DNA from: an uncultured Gemmatimonadales bacterium
Lineage (GTDB): Bacteria; Gemmatimonadota; Gemmatimonadetes; Gemmatimonadales; Gemmatimonadaceae
Reading direction: 5' to 3'
Assembly (NCBI GenBank): GCA_963850905.1
Contig: CAWKMU010000003.1
Coordinates: 1,715,156-1,779,155 of the forward strand
DNA: 64,000 nt
Shown here: positions 28,092 to 37,161 of the stretch, one piece after another
Position numbering within the stretch: position 1 is the first letter of the stretch
Layout of the letters: every line of letters starts with the position of its first letter
Notes under the pieces: model-generated
What the model was told of the DNA's origin: nothing
Database searches by the model: none
What the model saw: only the letters and a program-made list of their open reading frames with translations
Program-made: the position numbers and the translations under genes

Positions 28092-29358
28092 ATGATTGCC
28101 ACGGCTCCTATTGAGCAACGGCTCTTTCCCGCGGCGAACCCGTCCGCACCGTTCGATCTCGCTGACGCTGATCTGCCTCCCCACGTCCGGCCGCTGGCGG
28201 AGCTCGGCGTACTCGATATCACGAAGTGGTTTGGCGAGACGAGCGGCGGCGTCAAGACATATCTCCTCCAGAAGGCCCGATATGTCGAGCAGCGGTCGAC
28301 CCTGCGGCAGGTGCTCGTCATTCCCGGCGCCCGCGACTCCATCACGACCGGTGACGGCGTGCGGTGCTACCGCCTCCGCGGCCCGCGAATTCCGACGCAG
28401 CATCCCTACCGTTTCATGCTCGCGACGCGGTCGATCCAGCGTATTGTCGAGCACGAACGACCTGACATCATCGAGGTCGGAAGTCCATTCCTCGTGCCGT
28501 GGATCACCCGCCGCGCGGCCCGCCGCTTGGACGTGCCGCTAGTGATGTTCTTTCATAGCAACTTCCCGCGGACGATTTGCGCGTTCCCCGAGCGCGCGTC
28601 GCGCGTTCGCCAGCACGCCAGCAACGCGCTCTGGCGGTACGTGCGGCGACTCAACCAGGAGTTCGAGGCAACGATTGTCGCCTCGGACTTCATGGCGAAC
28701 GACCTCCGGGCCCATGGCGCCCAGCGCGTCGTCCAGATCCCGTTGGGCGTGGATCTCGCACACTTTCATCCGCGACGACGCGCGGACGCTGCGCAGACCC
28801 GTGAGCTCATCGGACTGCCGCCCAACGCACCTGTCGTCGGATTCGTCGGGCGATTCGCGCGTGAGAAGGAAGTCGACATCCTTGTCGAGGCGTGGGAGAT
28901 GATCGAGCAGCGGACCGACGCATACCTGGCGTTGGTCGGAGACGGTCCCGCCCGGCGTCGGCTCCGCGCGCACAGCCGAGGTTCGCGGGTCATCTCGGAT
29001 CCCCTATCAAAACGATCGCGAACAGCTCGCGAATGTGCTCGCGGCGCTCGACATCTTCGTTTCGCCCGGATCGATCGAGACGTTCGGGCTCTCGGCACTC
29101 GAGGCCGCCGCATCGGGGACGCCTGTCATCTCGGCGAACCGGGGCGGCGTGTCCGAGCAGATCCGTCAATCAGGCGGCGGGGCCCTTTTTGCCTCCGGCG
29201 ACGCCGGCGCGCTGGCTGAAGTCGCGGTCCGCATGCTGCAGACGCCGAGTGATTGGTCGCGGCTGGGTGCACTGGGACGCGCTTATGCGGAACGTGAGCA
29301 CTCCTGGAGCCGCGTCTTCGATCGGATCTTTGACGTCTACCGCCGCGTCGTCGCGTAG
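28092..29358 (+). pseudogene. GT4-family glycosyltransferase, reading frame broken as sequenced
   Basis: The N-terminal part is in ORF 28092..29219 (...VGFVGRFAREKEVDILVEAWE...LALVGDGP). The C-terminal part is in ORF 29035..29358 (YQNDREQLANVLAALDIFVSPGSIETFGLSALEAAASGTPVI, the E-x7-E region). The switch occurs at the C4 run at 29001-29004. Confidence 0.75.
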
Positions 29359-30130
29359 TCCGCGACCGGCCGGCGCGGGCGGGGCGCCCCGGCGCGCTCT
29401 GCTCGTTTCCATTCATGACGTCGCTCCACCGCTCGAACGCCGCGTACGCGAGCTCTGGGCGCTCTGCCAAGCTCGGGGGATCACCCCAGCGCTGCTCGTC
29501 GTACCCAACTGGCACGGGGATGCGCCGCTCGAGACGGCGCCCGCCTTCGTGCGCTGGGTAAGCGAGTGCGCCCACCGGGGCGCCGAGGTGTTTCTGCATG
29601 GCGAGCGCCATGACGAGTATGGACTCGCACGCGGGTGGCGCGATGCATGGCGCGCGTGGGGTCGCACGGCACGCGAAGGCGAGTTCCTGACGCTGGACGA
29701 ACCCCGGGCCACCGAGCGGATCGAGCGCGGTCTCGGGTGTCTGCGCAGCCTCGGCCTCGAGCCGATCGGGTTCGTGCCGCCGGCGTGGCTCGCGCACCCG
29801 GCCTGCTGGCGCGCTGTGGGACGCGCCGGGCTGCGATTCAGCGAGGATGCGCAATCCGTGCGCATCCACGCGGGCGATCACCTGACGGAGATCCGGTCGC
29901 CGGTCGTGCGCTGGAGCAGTCGGACCGCGCTCCGCACACACGGATCCGTGGCAGTGGCCGCGGCCCGTTGGCGAGCACAGCGTCGAGCCCCGTATGTGCG
30001 CATCGCGCTGCATCCCGGCGATCTCGCCGACCCGAGAACCGCGCGATCTGTGGCGATCGCGCTCGACCACTGGCTGAGTGACAGGCCCGCGGCGCCATAC
30101 GCCACCCTGCGCGCCGACGAGTGTGCGTGA
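29285..30130 (+). CDS. DUF2334-family (polysaccharide-deacetylase-like) protein
   Basis: The sequence LLVSIHDVAPPLERRV...ALLVVPNWHG...EVFLHGERHDE...GEFLTLD...IGFVPPAW matches the DUF2334 pattern as I recall it. The start (ATG 29285 or a later GTG) is uncertain. Confidence 0.65.
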   Translation: MRNVSTPGAASSIGSLTSTAASSRSPRPAGAGGAPRRALLVSIHDVAPPLERRVRELWALCQARGITPALLVVPNWHGDAPLETAPAFVRWVSECAHRGAEVFLHGERHDEYGLARGWRDAWRAWGRTAREGEFLTLDEPRATERIERGLGCLRSLGLEPIGFVPPAWLAHPACWRAVGRAGLRFSEDAQSVRIHAGDHLTEIRSPVVRWSSRTALRTHGSVAVAAARWRAQRRAPYVRIALHPGDLADPRTARSVAIALDHWLSDRPAAPYATLRADECA

Positions 30131-31028
30131 TATCCGCCTGAGCATCGTGGCCGCGCAGGCCATCTGCGCTGGATTGGTTGCAGTCGACCAACTGTCCAAG
30201 ACCTGGCGGGTGCAAGCGCTTGCCCGCGGCCTTGGCTATCGGACGGCGTTCGCCCGAGTGTTCGCCTTCAATGTGACAAGCGACGCCTCGGCGTCGTTGA
30301 CGCCACTCCGCGCCGGCGGCGAGCCCGTTCGGTTTGCGGGCATTCTCTACTGCGGGCTGTCCGTCCCGGACACGCTCGCGTTGATGGGCGTCGAAGGGAT
30401 GCTGGAGTACACGACCGTCCTCGCGATCGCTGCCTACATCAGCTCGGCCTACCTGGGAGTGTGGTGGGCGATCACGCGCGCCCGTCTCGTGCCGGCCATG
30501 CACCGCGCGCTGCCGTGGATCGCGGCGACCGTCGTGGGCGGTCTCGCGCTGTTGGCACTCATGCACCGCATGGCGCCGGAGCGCTTCAGGAGTGTCGGCG
30601 GGACATTTCGGACAACCCTCCGCAGCGCCCGGCGGATCAAGCCGTGGACGATTGCCGTGTCGCTCCCGCTCACGGCGCTTCACGTCGTCGCACGCCTCGC
30701 GGTGCTCCCGGTGCTCGTGCTGGCGTTACCAGCCGTACCGCACTTGGGCGCGGTGTGGTTCGGGTCGTTTGCTCTGCTGTATGGGCAAATGTTCGTACCC
30801 ACACCGGCCGGCGCCGGCGCGGTCGATGTCGGCTTCTTGAACGGCGCGTCGGGCTACGTCGGTGCGGATACCACGGAACTTCTCATCGTATGGCGGTTTT
30901 ACACGACAGTGACCGGCATCATCCTAGGCCTGGTATTCGGCGTGCCCTACTATGGCGATGCGGTGCGACGCTGGCTCTTACGACGCCGAACGGAGCGGGA
31001 CACATTGCAGCATGACCCACGGCGCTGA
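30123..31028 (+). CDS. Flippase-like membrane protein (LPG-synthase-TM / UPF0104 family)
   Basis: The GTG at 30123 overlaps the upstream stop. The sequence WRVQALARGLGY...FNVTSDASASLTPLRAGGEPVRF and about 8 hydrophobic segments are typical of UPF0104. Confidence 0.65.
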   Translation: MRDIRLSIVAAQAICAGLVAVDQLSKTWRVQALARGLGYRTAFARVFAFNVTSDASASLTPLRAGGEPVRFAGILYCGLSVPDTLALMGVEGMLEYTTVLAIAAYISSAYLGVWWAITRARLVPAMHRALPWIAATVVGGLALLALMHRMAPERFRSVGGTFRTTLRSARRIKPWTIAVSLPLTALHVVARLAVLPVLVLALPAVPHLGAVWFGSFALLYGQMFVPTPAGAGAVDVGFLNGASGYVGADTTELLIVWRFYTTVTGIILGLVFGVPYYGDAVRRWLLRRRTERDTLQHDPRR

Positions 31029-31063
31029 GGTGTCGGTGACGAGCGGACGATTCGGGTTGCGCT

Positions 31064-32365
31064 GTGTGGCACCCGGTTGGATGCCCGGGAACCCATAGTC
31101 GCGTGACGAGCAGAGGCGCGGCATCGCTGATCACGCGCGACGTGATCCCCGAAGGGATTGGCCACGGCGATGGAATCCGCCTGGCTGACGCCACTCCACT
31201 GCGGCTCGCGCTCTTCACAGATACGTATCCGCCGCAACTGAACGGCGTCTCTCGCACGCTCGAGCGGCTGGTGCGTGCGGTCAACGCGCGCGGTGGCACC
31301 GCACGGGTCTACACCACGACTGACCCGGGCATGCAGCCTGGCGAACGGGACGATGGGCTCTGGCGTCGGCCGAGCATTCCGTTCTGGGCGTATCCGCAAC
31401 TGAGAATCACGGCGCCGATTCTCGGCAGGGCGTACCGAGATCTGGGTCGCTGGCAGCCGACGCTGATCCACGCCGCCACGCCGTTCGGCATGGGCCTCGC
31501 CGGCCGGAGCTGTGCGCGCGCCCTTGGTGTGCCACTCGTGACCTCGTATCACACGAGCTTCAACGAGTACGCGAAGTTCTATCATCTCGGTGCGCTCAGC
31601 AAACCCGGCTGGGCCTTCATTCGATGGTTCCACAATGGCGGCGAGCGAACGTACGTGCCGACTCGCGCGGTGCTCGAGGAGTTGCGTTCGCTCGGCTTCG
31701 AGCGCTTGGCGCTCTGGGGCCGGGGAGTGGAACCGCATCGCTTCAATCCAGACTTTCGGTCGCTGGCCTGGCGGGCTCGCCTCGGTGCGGACGACGACAC
31801 CGTGGTCGTCGCGTATGTCGGACGGCTTGCGGCCGAGAAGGGTCTGGACACCGCGGTCGCCGCGATGCACCGAGTGTCGGCCGGCCCATTCGGCTCCGCC
31901 GTGCGGGGCGGGCGGCGCGTCGTGTTTGCCCTCGCTGGTGATGGCCCCTACGCCGCACATTGTCGGCGTGTCGCGCCGCCGCCTCCAACCACGCAATTCG
32001 TGGGGCGTCTCGAAGGGCGTGCGCTCAGCGAGTTCTACGCGTCGGCTGATCTCTTCGTGTTTCCGTCTGCCACCGACACCTTCGGCAACGTGCTCCTCGA
32101 AGCCATGGCGTCGGGTGTGCCGGTCATTGGCGCCGACGCCGGCCCCACGCGCGAGATCCTCGCGCACGGCGGTGGCATCACGGTGCCTCGCGGTGATCCA
32201 GAGGCGCTCGCCGCAGCCATCGAGACGCTCGCCGCCGATCCCGCAGGGCGCGTTGCGATCGGCGCTGCCGGCGTCGCATACGCCGCTTCACGCTCCTGGG
32301 ATCGGATATTTGATGATTTGCTGGCCGATTATCGGCGCGTGATCGGATCGCGGGTGAGCAGCTGA
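31064..32365 (+). CDS. GT4-family glycosyltransferase (SqdX/MgtA-like)
   Basis: The sequences LRLALFTDTYPPQLNGVSRTLERLV, VAYVGRLAAEKGLD and FVFPSATDTFGNVLLEAMASGVPVIG. The exact start is uncertain. Confidence 0.8.
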   Translation: MWHPVGCPGTHSRVTSRGAASLITRDVIPEGIGHGDGIRLADATPLRLALFTDTYPPQLNGVSRTLERLVRAVNARGGTARVYTTTDPGMQPGERDDGLWRRPSIPFWAYPQLRITAPILGRAYRDLGRWQPTLIHAATPFGMGLAGRSCARALGVPLVTSYHTSFNEYAKFYHLGALSKPGWAFIRWFHNGGERTYVPTRAVLEELRSLGFERLALWGRGVEPHRFNPDFRSLAWRARLGADDDTVVVAYVGRLAAEKGLDTAVAAMHRVSAGPFGSAVRGGRRVVFALAGDGPYAAHCRRVAPPPPTTQFVGRLEGRALSEFYASADLFVFPSATDTFGNVLLEAMASGVPVIGADAGPTREILAHGGGITVPRGDPEALAAAIETLAADPAGRVAIGAAGVAYAASRSWDRIFDDLLADYRRVIGSRVSS

Positions 32366-32375
32366 ACGGCGCGAC

Positions 32376-32802
32376 TCACTCCTCGGGCGCAGCGCGTCGC
32401 ATGCGCTTCTTCGCCGACAATCTCCGCTTTGCCTCGAATGCGCTGACGTTTCGACGCAGCGGTGGGGCGCGTCGGTCGGCGGCGCGCGCGCACGATGAGT
32501 GCGCGCGCCACGACTGAAGCGAGTCGGGCGGCTGCCGCGTCGCGGTTTTGACGTTGACTGCGCGAGTCGGCTGCGACCACGCGCAGATTCCCCTCACCAT
32601 CGACGCGGCCGCTCAACCGAGCCATCACGTGATCGCGCCGTTCCGGGTCGAGCGCGGTCGTGCGCGCGAGGTTCCAGACGATCTCGACGCGGGTCGCCGA
32701 CGTATTGACATGTTGACCACCAGGGCCGCCGGAGCGCGTTGCGCGCACGATGAGCTCGCGACCGGGAATCGTCAACGATGCGTTGACGGGCACGTCGTGC
32801 AT
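32376..32802 (-). pseudogene. arfB: Peptidyl-tRNA hydrolase ArfB (alternative ribosome rescue factor), C-terminal frame broken as sequenced
   Basis: GGQ motif SGGPGGQHVNTSATRVEI. The expected basic tail EAKRRLSAKKRMRRAAPEE-stop lies in the neighbouring frame (ORF 32376..32600). There is an extra base near 32436. The apparent extension to 32329 is frameshift read-through. Confidence 0.8.
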
Positions 32803-33768
32803 CTAGGCTGACACCGTCGCTGGCGGCTGATGCGGCGTGAGCCCGGTCCGTGACCGCGCGCGATGCACGCGGAGCGCCGCGACCCGGCGCCCGTCGACGG
32901 CGATCACCTCGAGCTCGCCCGACGGGAACGCCACGCGATCACCCACGCGAGGGGCGCGACCGAGCTTCGCGAACGCATATCCGCCGATCGTCGTCCAATC
33001 TCCCTCGGGGATGGAGAGATCGTGGTCGGATCGCACGTCGATGACTGACAATGTGCCCGCGAGCTCCAGCACGCCATCGGATTCGAGCAATGTGCGGGTC
33101 GCCGGGTCATACTCATCCGCGATGTCTCCAATCACCTGCTCGACCAGATCCTCCATCGTCACGATGCCGGCGGTCCCGCCGTACTCGTCGAGCACGATGG
33201 CCATCTGCGCTCGCGTGCGACGGAGGTCGTCGAGCACGAGCTCGGCGCGGCGAGTGGCCGGCACGTAGAGTGGCTCGCGAGTGTACCGTTGAATCGAGAA
33301 GGGCGTCCCCGGCTGATGGAGCAGCAGGTCCTTGGCGAGGAAAATTCCCACGACGTCGTCGAGGCCCTCACGATAGACCGGGTATCGGGAATACCGTTCG
33401 CTGCAGAGCGCGGCACGCACCTCGGTCTCAGTCGCATCGATTGGCAGGGCGACGATCTCGGTCCGCGGACGCATGACGTCGTGAGCGCGCTTGTCGTGGA
33501 ACTCAAAGACACCACTCAGCATAGAGGCTTCGCGGGCGTCGAGCGAGCCTCCGGCGCGGGCCTGCAGCACGAGAACCCGTAACTCGTCCAGGGTGAGCGA
33601 CCGGACCCATCGGGCCGCCAGGACCGTCCCGACCGGGTGTAACAGTCGACGGACCACGCGGCCCACCGTGCGACGCAGAGTGGTGACAGCGACGACGATC
33701 AGGGCAACAAACCGCGTCGTTGTCCGGCGCGCAATTGACTGAAGCGACTGCAGTTGGGACTTGCGCAT
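32803..33768 (-). CDS. corC: CorC/TlyC-like protein (CBS pair plus CorC_HlyC domain)
   Basis: The sequences VFEFHDKRAHDVMRPRTEIVAL, a second CBS (IVLDEYGGTAGIVTMEDLVEQVIGDI) and a C-terminal transporter-associated domain. The ATG at 33768 was chosen. Its stop abuts the arfB start. Confidence 0.75.
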   Translation of the reverse strand: MRKSQLQSLQSIARRTTTRFVALIVVAVTTLRRTVGRVVRRLLHPVGTVLAARWVRSLTLDELRVLVLQARAGGSLDAREASMLSGVFEFHDKRAHDVMRPRTEIVALPIDATETEVRAALCSERYSRYPVYREGLDDVVGIFLAKDLLLHQPGTPFSIQRYTREPLYVPATRRAELVLDDLRRTRAQMAIVLDEYGGTAGIVTMEDLVEQVIGDIADEYDPATRTLLESDGVLELAGTLSVIDVRSDHDLSIPEGDWTTIGGYAFAKLGRAPRVGDRVAFPSGELEVIAVDGRRVAALRVHRARSRTGLTPHQPPATVSA

Positions 33769-33823
33769 AGTGGTGGCGCGCGGAAACCGTTTCGCGCGCA
33801 ACTCGTCTGAATGATACACCATA

Positions 33824-35791
33824 ATGGCTGACGGCGCGCCCCTCTCGCTCCCTGACCGGCTCGATTCAGTACCGCCCCGTCCGCTAGCGGGGACCGCGGT
33901 GCTGCCCCCGGGTCGCCGACTGCAACAGGCGATGCTGGATCCGCGCCGGATCATTCGTTGGGTCTACGTCGGGCGCTTCTCTGTAGCGACGGCCATCTTC
34001 CTCGCCGCGCAACTGGTGTGGGCCAGCGCGCCCTCCACCGACACCCGGATTGCGTCGCTCATCTTCGCGGTGACAATGGTCGTGACCGTCATCTCGGCAG
34101 CATACACCGAGGTGTACGGTGCGCCACCCCGTCGAACCTTTCTCTACGGTCAGACCGTCTACGACCTCCTGCTCGTCACCGCGGTCGTGCACGTCACTGG
34201 CGGTGGTGCGTCGCAGTTCACGCTGTTCTACATCCTCGTCATTGCGACGGCCGCGCTCCTGCTGCCGATGGGCGGCGGGCTACTCATCGCGCTCCTGGGG
34301 ATCGTGTGTTACTTCGCCGAGGTCTTGTGGTTGAGTGACACCGCTCCCGATCTCGGCGTGTGGTTGCAACTGCTGGTGTTCGCGATGGTTGCGCTCGCCT
34401 GTGGCTACATCAGCGCGCGACTGCAGGAAGCCGAGGAAGGGACCGCCGCTGAGTTGGTATTCGTTCGACTCCAGGCCGAAGACATTCTCCGGAACATTCG
34501 CAGCGGCATCGTCACGATCGACGAAAACGGGGTGCTCCTGTACGCCAATCCGGCCGCGAGCGCTCTGCTCGGCATCCCCTTCTCCGATCTCATCGGGACG
34601 CCGATCCTGAATCGGGTGTTTGAAGTCGCACCCATCGTCGCCCGTGCGCTCCAGCGGGCCGTCACGGACCGACTACGCACGACACGGGCAGAGGACGTCG
34701 TGCAGTTCGGCGACCACGCGTTCCCGATCGGCGTCACGACCACGTTCGCTGATGGCGACACCGGCGGCCACGGTCGTACGGCTACCGCCATCTTCCAGGA
34801 CATCGCAGGCCAGAAGCGCCTGGAGAGTCTGCATCTCCGGGCGGGCCGCCTGGAAGCGATCGCGGAGCTCGGCGCCTCGCTCGCCCACGAGATCAAGAAC
34901 CCCCTCGCGTCGATTCGCAGCGCCGTCGAGCAACTCACGCGCATGATCGAGCCGACCACCGGTCCGCTCGCGGGGCGCGGCCGCGAGACGGGTGACGCGC
35001 CGGCCCGTGGCCGGTCGGCGGGCCTGAACCGCACACGCGGGATGGGTGTCGGGAGACACCAGTCATCGCTGTCGCGCCGACGTCGGGTGAGCGCTTCCGT
35101 CGCGGCGCGCGATCCAAAGGAGGAGGCGGCCGCATCGACGGGCGCCGACGACGACACGCGCACGCTTGGAGCGCTGATTGTACGCGAAACGGACCGGCTG
35201 TCGCGTCTGCTCAGCGAGTTCCTCGACTTCGCGCGTGTGCGCGTCACCCGGACGTCACCGGTCAACGTGTCGGCGCTGGCCCGCGGCGCGGCGAGCCTGG
35301 TCGCGGCCCATCCCAATGTCAAACAGGGCCTGCGGGTGAACTGTGTCACACCGGAGGGCCCAGTCGTCATCGACGGCGATGAGGACCTTCTTCACCGAGC
35401 AGTTTTCAATCTCGCGCTCAATGCGGTGCAGGCCGCGCCGCAGGGCGGAGAAGTGTGCATCGAAGTGCAGACCTTGACAGTGGATCAGGTACCGATGGGC
35501 GTCAACGACGCGGCGTTCGAGGCGGGCGCGATCGCTCTTCGCGTGTCCGATGACGGGCCGGGCATTCCCCTGGAGATTCGTGATCGGCTGTTCGAGCCAT
35601 TTGCCACCACGAAGCCGGGCGGGACCGGTCTGGGGTTGTCGGTCGTCTATCGCGCCATCGAAGCGCATCGCGGGTTGGTGCTGGTCGACTCCGGTGGCGA
35701 CTTCACGGGGACGCGCATCACTGTCCTGATCCCGCTCCGCCGGCCAGACGACACGACCGCGACGGCAGGCAGCGCGGAGGCCGCCGCATGA
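33824..35791 (+). CDS. pilS: Membrane sensor histidine kinase, PilS-like
   Basis: About 6 N-terminal TM helices, a PAS-like segment, H-box LAHEIKNPLASI, N-box FNLALNAVQA, G1 VSDDGPGIP and G2 GGTGLGLSVV. It overlaps the downstream NtrC-type regulator by 4 nt and lies in a pilus locus. The PilS identity is by context. Confidence 0.7.
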   Translation: MADGAPLSLPDRLDSVPPRPLAGTAVLPPGRRLQQAMLDPRRIIRWVYVGRFSVATAIFLAAQLVWASAPSTDTRIASLIFAVTMVVTVISAAYTEVYGAPPRRTFLYGQTVYDLLLVTAVVHVTGGGASQFTLFYILVIATAALLLPMGGGLLIALLGIVCYFAEVLWLSDTAPDLGVWLQLLVFAMVALACGYISARLQEAEEGTAAELVFVRLQAEDILRNIRSGIVTIDENGVLLYANPAASALLGIPFSDLIGTPILNRVFEVAPIVARALQRAVTDRLRTTRAEDVVQFGDHAFPIGVTTTFADGDTGGHGRTATAIFQDIAGQKRLESLHLRAGRLEAIAELGASLAHEIKNPLASIRSAVEQLTRMIEPTTGPLAGRGRETGDAPARGRSAGLNRTRGMGVGRHQSSLSRRRRVSASVAARDPKEEAAASTGADDDTRTLGALIVRETDRLSRLLSEFLDFARVRVTRTSPVNVSALARGAASLVAAHPNVKQGLRVNCVTPEGPVVIDGDEDLLHRAVFNLALNAVQAAPQGGEVCIEVQTLTVDQVPMGVNDAAFEAGAIALRVSDDGPGIPLEIRDRLFEPFATTKPGGTGLGLSVVYRAIEAHRGLVLVDSGGDFTGTRITVLIPLRRPDDTTATAGSAEAAA

Positions 35792-37161
35792 GCGCCAACG
35801 GCCAGCCGACCGTGCTTGTCATCGACGACGAGATGGGCATTCTCGAGTCGCTCCGGATCCTCCTCAAGAACGAGGGATTCAGTCCCACGATCGCCAACGG
35901 TGGGAAGCAGGGGCTCGAGCAGATCGAAGAGCTTCGGCCGGATATCATCTTGAGTGATGTCCGGATGCCTTCGGTGAGCGGCGTGCAGGTCCTGAGCGCC
36001 GCGCGAGCGCAAGATCCCGACGTGCCGGTCATCCTCATGACGGCGCAAGCGACCCTGCAGTCGGCAATGCAGGCGGTCAACGAAGGGGCGTTCTACTACA
36101 TCCAAAAGCCGTTCCGCAACGATGAGATGCTCGCCATTCTCCGACGGGCAGCCGAGCATCGAAAACTGCGTGTCGAGAACCGGTCCCTGCGACAGGAGAT
36201 CACTCGACGGGAACGGACATCGTCCAATCGGCCTGTCGGGAGCAGCAAGTCCTGGCTCGACATCGTCCAGCTCGCGGAGACGGTTGCGCCGACCGAGTCC
36301 ACCATCCTGATCCAGGGCGAGTCGGGCACCGGGAAAGAGGTCATTGCGAGGTACATCCACCAGTTGTCGCTGCGCACGGATGGTCCGTTTCTCTCCATCA
36401 ACTGCGGCGCGCTCCCTGAGAGCCTGCTCGAGTCCGAGCTCTTCGGCCACGTGAAGGGCTCGTTCACCGGCGCGGTCAGGGACAAGAGCGGATTGTTCAC
36501 CGCGGCGGCGGGCGGCACGTTCTTCCTGGACGAAATCGGCGAGACCACACCGGCGACCCAGGTGAAGCTGCTGCGCGTCCTCCAACACCGTGAGGTCATT
36601 CCGGTCGGGGCGACAGAAGCCATCCCGATCGACACGCGCCTCGTCGCGGCGACGAATCGTGATCTCGAGGAAGAGATCAAACGGGGCGCGTTCCGCAGCG
36701 ACCTGTTCTATCGACTCAACGTCATCGCGCTGCACCTGCCGCCGCTGCGCGAGCGACGCGATGACATCCCGCTGCTCGTCGATTTGTTCCTGCACCGGGC
36801 GTCGGAAGCTCGGGGCGAGCCGGCGAAGCAGGTCAGCACAGCGGCGCTCGATGTGCTACAGGGCTTCAACTGGCCAGGCAACGTGCGAGAGCTCGAGAAT
36901 GCCCTCGAGCGCGCGGTGATTCTGACCGCTGGCCCGATCATCGATGTCAACGTGCTACCGGAACGGATCACGGAGCGGCGCGCCGAGCCACTCGTCTCGG
37001 AGCGCATGCGGACGAATCCGACGCTCGAGGCAATCGAGCGGGCGTACATTCTGTGGGTTCTCCAGAGCGAGGGCGGGAACAAGACCCGGGCGGCCGACGT
37101 GCTGGGTATCGACCCATCGACGCTGTATCGGAAACTGTCGCGGTTTGGGGTCGAGGCGTGA
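35788..37161 (+). CDS. pilR: Sigma-54-dependent response regulator, PilR-like (NtrC family)
   Basis: Receiver domain (PDIILSDVRMP), AAA+ sigma54-activator motifs GESGTGKEVIARYIH, GAFRSDLFYRLNV and ESELFGH, and a C-terminal Fis-type HTH (NKTRAADVLGIDPSTLYRKL). Confidence 0.85.
   Translation: MSANGQPTVLVIDDEMGILESLRILLKNEGFSPTIANGGKQGLEQIEELRPDIILSDVRMPSVSGVQVLSAARAQDPDVPVILMTAQATLQSAMQAVNEGAFYYIQKPFRNDEMLAILRRAAEHRKLRVENRSLRQEITRRERTSSNRPVGSSKSWLDIVQLAETVAPTESTILIQGESGTGKEVIARYIHQLSLRTDGPFLSINCGALPESLLESELFGHVKGSFTGAVRDKSGLFTAAAGGTFFLDEIGETTPATQVKLLRVLQHREVIPVGATEAIPIDTRLVAATNRDLEEEIKRGAFRSDLFYRLNVIALHLPPLRERRDDIPLLVDLFLHRASEARGEPAKQVSTAALDVLQGFNWPGNVRELENALERAVILTAGPIIDVNVLPERITERRAEPLVSERMRTNPTLEAIERAYILWVLQSEGGNKTRAADVLGIDPSTLYRKLSRFGVEA

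Noticed and set aside
32329-32375. A 37-bp convergent overlap between the GT4 gene (ends 32365) and arfB (apparent end 32329)
   Set aside because: The arfB tail past about 32436 is out of frame. The expected basic C-terminus ends at a TGA at 32376-32378 in the adjacent frame, so the overlap is a by-product of the frame disruption.
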